Below the pieces are notes generated by a model. It had not been told where the DNA came from and made no database searches. It saw nothing but the letters and a program-made list of their open reading frames with translations. The translations under genes and the position numbers were made by a program. A stretch of 55,351 nt of DNA, counting the filler, from Perkinsus olseni (lineage: Eukaryota), in the NCBI GenBank assembly GCA_013115125.1. It is 2 parts of 2 records of this genome, joined end to end, with 100 filler letters (N's around TTAATTAATTAA, not from the genome) between each part and the next. Parts side by side here need not be neighbours in the genome. Positions count along the whole stretch, not along the records: positions 27,788 to 55,351 come from JABANN010000462.1; 1 more part is not named here. One strand, 5' to 3'. Below, piece by piece: positions 49,114 through 55,351 of the stretch. Numbering within the stretch: position 1 is the stretch's first letter; each line of letters opens with the position of its first letter.

Positions 49114-50373
49114 ATGAATATCTTATCGTGCTTTGGTAGCAAGGCGAGGCCTAGCGGTGTGAGCGACGTCAAGGGATCTGCGGCGTTGGCTGAGCCTCGA
49201 TGCGATTGGAAGCTTCAGGCTCAGTTCTGTGTCATCGGCTGCGTCGCCCTCCTCGGCTGGAACTTCATCCTCGGCGAGCTCGGTACCCTGATCGATGCCT
49301 TCGGCGAGTCATATGGAACCTGGGTTTCCCTTTGTTATTCTCTGTGTATTAATGCTGGGCAGCTTTTGCTCGTCTATATGGGAAACCGTTTCAAGTTCGG
49401 TCCCAGGTTCTACATTGGGTGCCTTGGTATGGGTATATCACAGATGCTCATCGCGATTTGTGCCATAACGTTTGCTCGCGATAATCGAGCAGCAGGTTTC
49501 GCGTGTGGCTGCATTTTTGTGGGTACTTTTGGCTTCGCCAATGCTCTGATGGAATCCTCTATGTTCGGTCTGGCCGCTCTGGTCACTTCTGAGTGTACCG
49601 AGTGGATTATGATCGGTGAGGGTATTGCTGGTGTATTGGCTTGGCCTGTAGATATGCTATGTCAGGCTATCTTGGAGGGATGCGGTGTCACCGACTACCA
49701 GTACCCGCGGATGGTGTTGTTCTATGGTTTGGCTCTGTTGGCGAACCTGGCCGTCATTCCTATGTACAAGTATGCGACGGAGACCCATCCGTATATGCTT
49801 CGTGTCTTCGAGATCGAGGCGGACAGACAGAAGTTCGAGCTGAACAAGAGTATGAAGCGCCCTATCAACAGGGTTGTCTGGGATACCGTCCCGATGGCCT
49901 TCAATGTGTGGGCTAACTTCACTATCACTTTCACTGTATTCCCCTGGCTCATTTTCCAAATGGCACCCTCCTCCTTGGCGACTACCACTTTTGGCCAGCT
50001 CATGACGTATTGCTACCAGGTCTTCGACACGCTCGGCCGTTTCGCTCCGAATCTCCGTATCCGTCTCAGCAAGCGGGTCACACGCTACGCATGTTTGGCG
50101 AGGGCTATCTTCATTCCTCTATTTTTCTTGTGCGTACATTTAACATTCTCTCCGTTCAACCAAGATTGGTTCCGCTTCATCATCATGGCCTTGTTCGCGG
50201 GATCCAATGGCATTGTTGCTACGTGGTGTATGATTCATGGTCCCAGTCAAGTCGACCAAAGCGAGAAGGAGGAGATGGAGGTGGCGGGCTATGTCATGGC
50301 CTTCGCTCTTATCTTCGGTATACTAATAGGATCCGTCATTGCTACTATCATCCAGCAAACGGCTTACATGTGA
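49114..50373 (+). CDS. Equilibrative nucleoside transporter, copy 3
   Basis: Intronless; probable start MNILSCFG at 49114 after a pyrimidine-AG; ENT motifs present. Confidence 0.93.
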   Translation: MNILSCFGSKARPSGVSDVKGSAALAEPRCDWKLQAQFCVIGCVALLGWNFILGELGTLIDAFGESYGTWVSLCYSLCINAGQLLLVYMGNRFKFGPRFYIGCLGMGISQMLIAICAITFARDNRAAGFACGCIFVGTFGFANALMESSMFGLAALVTSECTEWIMIGEGIAGVLAWPVDMLCQAILEGCGVTDYQYPRMVLFYGLALLANLAVIPMYKYATETHPYMLRVFEIEADRQKFELNKSMKRPINRVVWDTVPMAFNVWANFTITFTVFPWLIFQMAPSSLATTTFGQLMTYCYQVFDTLGRFAPNLRIRLSKRVTRYACLARAIFIPLFFLCVHLTFSPFNQDWFRFIIMALFAGSNGIVATWCMIHGPSQVDQSEKEEMEVAGYVMAFALIFGILIGSVIATIIQQTAYM

Positions 50374-50644
50374 AATATGATAAGACCATTACTTTCTAGT
50401 TTATGAGATCGTATCAGTTTCTTGGCGCTATATGTTGTTTTTTACACGTCAGGAAACTTGTCAAGTAGTACCTCGGCTTGATTTATAACCAAGTAGCCAC
50501 TCTAACCGGCTGTGTAAAGTTGTTATTCCAGCGATTTCCACTGACATCCATCATTTGCTTGTGTATGGACCTTAGCGTGGCATCGCGGTAGGTTCTGGTT
50601 GTTTTCAGTTCCTTGAACGGTCCCTCTGTCTCGTCACTCTTCCT

Positions 50645-51937
50645 ATGGCCCTCTTCACTTGCTTCGGTACTGCAAAGCCCACCTCAACTGAAGCTGATGC
50701 GGTTACGGTTGAGTCCTTGGAGCAAGGTGTTTCCACACAGCCGCCAAAGAACGGAGGAAAGGTCGTCGACTGGAAGTTGAAGGCTATGTTCTGCGTCATC
50801 GGTTGTGTAGCTCTCCTTGGTTGGAACTTCATCCTCGGCGAGTTGGGTACTCTCATCGATGCCTTCGGAGGTCCCTATGGAACTTGGATGTCTCTGTGCT
50901 ACTCGCTCTGCGTCAACGCCGGCCAGTTGATGCTTGTGTGGATTGGTAATCGGTTCAAGTTCGGTCCTCGTTTCTATACGGGCTGCACTGGTATGGGTAT
51001 CAGTATGATTCTGATTGCCATCTGCGCGATTACCTTCGCCCGGACTAATCATGCAGCTGGCTTTGCTGCTGGCTGCGTCCTCATCGGGGTCTTTGGATTC
51101 GCCAACTCGCTCATGCAATCGTCGATGTTCGGCCTGGCCGCTCTCGTTGACCCTGTTTGCACCGAGTTCGTTCTTATCGGTGAAGGTCTTTCTGGTCTTA
51201 TCGCGTGGCCCCTTGATAGGCTTTGTCAGGCCATTCTCGAGGGATGTGGTGTCACCGACTACATCTACCCCCGAATGGTGTTCTTCTACGGTCTCGGTAT
51301 GCTGGCCAACTTCGCCACCATCCCCATGTACAAGTATGCTATGCAGCGTCATCCTCTCATGCGTGTTGTCCTCGAACTCGAGGAAGGTCGTCAGAAGTTC
51401 GTACTGAAGAGAGAGATGAAGCGTCCTCTTGGTCAGGTCGTGTGGGATACGGTACCTCAGGCGTTCAATGTTTGGCTCAGCTTCACCACCACATTCACTG
51501 TCTTCCCCTGGCTCGTATTTGAGATGAAGCCCTCTGACCTATCCGCCGGGCTGTTCGGTCAACTGATGACCTACTGCTACCAGGTCTTCGATACAATCGG
51601 TCGCTCGTCGCCTAGTTACCATCTTCGTTTGAGCAAGAGGGGTACACGGTTCGCCTCCTTTGGTCGTTTGATCTTCATCGCCTTGTTCTTCCTTTGTGCT
51701 GAGATCAATGTGTCTCCCTTCAGCCAAGACTGGTTCCGGTTCATCGTCATGGCCCTGTTCGCCGGTTCTAACGGTGTCGTTGCCTCTTGGTGTATGATTC
51801 ATGGGCCAACTCAGGTTGATCAGGAGGAATCGGAAGAGTTGGAGATTGCCGGCTACGTGATGGCCTTCGGCCTCATCTGCGGTATCCTCAGCGGCTCTGT
51901 TATTGCTACCATCATTCAGCAAACAGCCTTCATGTGA
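50645..51937 (+). CDS. Equilibrative nucleoside transporter, copy 4
   Basis: Intronless 430-aa ORF with ENT motifs. Confidence 0.93.
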   Translation: MALFTCFGTAKPTSTEADAVTVESLEQGVSTQPPKNGGKVVDWKLKAMFCVIGCVALLGWNFILGELGTLIDAFGGPYGTWMSLCYSLCVNAGQLMLVWIGNRFKFGPRFYTGCTGMGISMILIAICAITFARTNHAAGFAAGCVLIGVFGFANSLMQSSMFGLAALVDPVCTEFVLIGEGLSGLIAWPLDRLCQAILEGCGVTDYIYPRMVFFYGLGMLANFATIPMYKYAMQRHPLMRVVLELEEGRQKFVLKREMKRPLGQVVWDTVPQAFNVWLSFTTTFTVFPWLVFEMKPSDLSAGLFGQLMTYCYQVFDTIGRSSPSYHLRLSKRGTRFASFGRLIFIALFFLCAEINVSPFSQDWFRFIVMALFAGSNGVVASWCMIHGPTQVDQEESEELEIAGYVMAFGLICGILSGSVIATIIQQTAFM

Positions 51938-54376
51938 AGCGTGGAGGCTGATTTCGCTATTGTTAATCTATTGTTCTCTATTATCGTTCACTGCCTTCTA
52001 TTCACTGTCGTGAATCCAACTTCTCTTTGGAATCTCGAAGAAAAAACTGTTCACATGGCTCGCGTCCCTCTGTGTATCGGAGGATCAATTAGTGATGAGA
52101 CCTCGGTTAAGGTCGGGTTATAGGAAGTTCCCATATGTACCACGTCCCACGTTGAATACCTGTCTTACTGCACTATTATTACTGAACGTTTCTCTTCAAC
52201 TGGGAAGGGTTTGTGTTGCCATTCGGAGGGAAACCTGGTGGGCGGATCGTTGAGTGCACTTCGTTGTTGCATCGGCGACTTCGTTCATTTGAAGGTCCAT
52301 TCGATTGGTATTCCCGCTTCCCCCTCCCTCCTCGTTTTGGTCCTGAAGTACAGCGTATTTTCCGTTTTACGTTGACTTATTACCTGCCGTTCTAGTGCAG
52401 CATTCCCCTTGCTGCTCGTATTGCTTTGACTCGCTGTACCTTCCTTTCCGTTCTGGTCTCCGTCCCGTTCGCTTTCTCGTGGTCCTTCATACCGGGTTTT
52501 CCTCAAACTTCGGCCCCTTCGTATCAACAACTTTCCTGCAATCCGTAGTCAGCTTCTGTAGCGCTACTACCCTTGATCAAACGACCGTGATTGCTCCCCT
52601 TGAAAGCCGCAACAACCGGTCATCAGATGGTGTTGGATGGATGATCGAAGAGGAGAAGCTCAAGCGATGGCAATGATTTGCCACTGACTGAACCAGTGAA
52701 ACCTGTCATGAGCTATCTAAAACAGACGCTTGAAAGTCTCATGCCCGCAAAGTGCCTGTGTGGCAACCTGGCCGGGGTAACACTCCACGCCGAGCTGAGT
52801 GAAGTTGCTGGTTTTTTTCCTTTCTGACGTAGTTCAGCTCGGTAGTTGCTCCGCAGAAACCCGGCAAGGAACAAAATACGCTCACTCCCACTCTTTCTGG
52901 AGGAGCGCCTAACATTGGTCTGAGGCTTAGTATGTGTTTTCGACTGTGCTCTAGCGAGCGTCCTCAAATTGGTTTTTCCTCTCTTGGATTCTTCGTCGAA
53001 GGACACGCAATCTAGAGCTTGACCCAGGGCGAAAAGAAAGCCGACATAGCCAAACGGGAGCTACCCTGTTGGCCTCGGCCTTTGTTGTCTTCTTCCCTCT
53101 AATTTTGAACCTGCTTCCCGAGGCACTTCCACGCATGGTAGAATCTCTTCAAATACTCACAGCGTGAGCCACGGTCAATGGCCTAGTTTGGTTAACGCTA
53201 CTTGCGGCTTGCCGGTGAAGGGCCTCCGTTGAAACCGCTCGACATGCAGGGTGATCAAATATTAGCCCAACGAGACCTTACGCCACCTTTGAATACCCGC
53301 ATGCTTCGTATCCACCAGCGCCATCCACGAGGTTATGGCACAGTTGTGTGGACAATCCTACCCAAAACCGCCGGTTAACCCAAGCAACAAGCTGACCAGA
53401 TCGTGGTTGTGTTAGTGAGACGCCACATCCGCTGTCTCCGTCTGTGTCGAGCTTCGTTTTCAAGCTACGAGCTGCCGCGTTCGGTGTTGGGGAGGCTATC
53501 CTTTCCACGCCAAACATTTATAGTCGTTTCCAGCTCATAGGGTGGTACGTTCGTCACGAGTGGTGATTAGTCCGACTCCGACATGCACAACCCAGTTTGA
53601 GTGCAAGGCTTTCTGTTATTAGTCAATCAACTCTCTCATCTATGAGCTACTCTCGAGGTTGGACACACATAATCGTCTGTAGTAAGAGTGTTCTCCCTGA
53701 ACTGCTCGGAATGGAATTCCCTCCATCGCTCTCTCCAAGGATTTCCTCGCTCACCACTTTGTACGGTAACCTGAAAGTTTCCGATTGCCTACTTTAAACG
53801 CAGTCCTTCTCTCCGCATGGTGGTCGACTCAGGCACAGAGAGCACGTTCAGCCAAGCATCATTTTTTCTTTCTCGGGCTGCGTTTGGCCTTCGTACTAAA
53901 AAAGTTTATATCCTCCGTTTGTGACATTTCCCATGCTGGGCGGTGCGGGGATGGCTGTAATGTGCATGCGTGCAATGGCCGAGGCTATCTGTTGGGCTTG
54001 CCGCCCCTCGCTTCGATAGAGCTGCCAGTCGGAAACTGGTAAGAGAACAGGCCCAAGGCTTCGTCCACATTGCGTTACCATCACACGGTCTACTGGGTCT
54101 TCGCGTCCAGGGGGGGGCGGCAGGAGACAGCGGAGTACACAATAAGGGGGTTACGCTAAAAATTCGGTGTAGCGAATTCGGGCCGTGGTTGAACGGCAGC
54201 GCTCGATGAAATTTGATCATGTCGGAGCGTCTTATGAGAGGGTTTGTAGATGATTGAGAGATGCTGCTATCGGCCTGGTTGTGACCTATGGGATCGTAGA
54301 GAGAAGCCTTGAGGGCGAAGCCGACTTGCGACTGTTCACAGTTCCTCTTGCCGGCTCTCTCCTCGTCACCCGTCTC

Positions 54377-55351
54377 ATGGCCTTCTCCACCTGCTTTGGT
54401 GCTAAAAAATCGACTCCGGATGAGACTGATGCAACTACGGTTGGGTCCTTGGAGGAAGGTGTTTCTACGCAGCCGCCGAAGAGTCAAGGAAAGGTCGTCG
54501 ACTGGAAGTTGAAGGCTATGTTCTGCGTCATCGGTTGCGTAGCCCTTCTCGGTTGGAACTTCATCCTCGGCGAGTTGGGAACTCTCATCGATGCCTTCGG
54601 AGATGCTTACGGAACTTGGTGCTCTTTATGCTACTCGCTCTGCATCAACGCCGGTCAGTTGATGCTCGTGTGGATCGGCAATCGGTTCAAGTTCGGCCCA
54701 CGTTTCTACACAGGTTGCTTCACCATGGGCGTGAGCATGATTCTGATTGCCATCTGCGCGATTACGTTCGCCCGGACTAATCATGCAGCTGGCTTCGCTG
54801 CCGGCTGCGTCCTCATCGGGGTCTTTGGATTCGCCAACTCCCTTATGGAGTCGTCGATGTTCGGCCTGGCCGCTCTCGTTGACCCTGTTTGCACCGAGTT
54901 CATCCTCCTCGGTGAGGGCCTTTCTGGTCTTATCGCGTGGCCCCTTGATAGGCTTTGTCAGGCAATTCTCGAGGGATGTGGTGTCACCGACTACATCTAC
55001 CCCCGAATGGTGTTCTTCTACGGTCTCGGTATGCTGGCCAACTTCGCCACCATCCCCATGTACAAGTATGCTATGCAGCGTCATCCTCTCATGCGTGTTG
55101 TCCTCGAACTCGAGGAAGGTCGACAGAAGTTTGTGCTGAAGAGAGAGATGAAGCGTCCTCTTGGTCAGGTCGTGTGGGATACGGTACCTCAGGCGTTCAA
55201 TGTTTGGCTCAGCTTCACCACCACATTCACTGTCTTCCCCTGGTTCGTATTTGAGATGAAGCCCTCTGACTTATCCGTCGGGCTGTTCGGTCAACTGATG
55301 ACCTACTGCTACCAGGTCTTCGATACAATCGGTCGCTCGTCGCCTAGTTAC
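54377..55351 (+). CDS. Equilibrative nucleoside transporter, copy 5 (runs off the window end)
   Basis: MAFSTCFGAKK..VVDWKLKAMFC..LLGWNF, nearly identical to copy 4; absent from the ORF track because it has no stop in the window. Confidence 0.92.
   Translation, partial: MAFSTCFGAKKSTPDETDATTVGSLEEGVSTQPPKSQGKVVDWKLKAMFCVIGCVALLGWNFILGELGTLIDAFGDAYGTWCSLCYSLCINAGQLMLVWIGNRFKFGPRFYTGCFTMGVSMILIAICAITFARTNHAAGFAAGCVLIGVFGFANSLMESSMFGLAALVDPVCTEFILLGEGLSGLIAWPLDRLCQAILEGCGVTDYIYPRMVFFYGLGMLANFATIPMYKYAMQRHPLMRVVLELEEGRQKFVLKREMKRPLGQVVWDTVPQAFNVWLSFTTTFTVFPWFVFEMKPSDLSVGLFGQLMTYCYQVFDTIGRSSPSY

Noticed and set aside
50684..51352. Long antisense ORFs over ENT genes (also 54626-55084 and 51539-51922)
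   Set aside because: Shadow ORFs from GC-rich codon usage; duplicated only because the ENT genes are.

Overview
Eukaryotic, intron-rich alveolate DNA; gene content and style point to a Perkinsus-like parasite (inference). It appears to be two contigs joined by an artificial N44-TTAATTAATTAA-N44 spacer (27688-27787). The left part (about 310-24500) is AT-rich and saturated with (GAT/CAT/AAC/AGC)n microsatellites. It carries a RAP-domain-like gene, an intronless OSCA/TMEM63 channel, a DHHC palmitoyltransferase, a putative GPI-anchored Cys-rich protein, an EF-hand protein, CFAP58, an N-terminal-J-domain RJL GTPase, a sepiapterin-reductase-like SDR and an RNPS1-like RRM gene, then a decayed LTR retrotransposon with a tRNA-like insert. 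The right part is more GC-rich: three tRNA genes, a C2-domain gene, Rab8-like GTPase, NTF2, an RCC1-repeat protein, several hypothetical genes and a tandem array of at least five intronless equilibrative nucleoside transporters interrupted by a hAT-type MITE. Exon boundaries were read by eye, so multi-exon gene ends are approximate. No homology search was run, so novelty cannot be confirmed.
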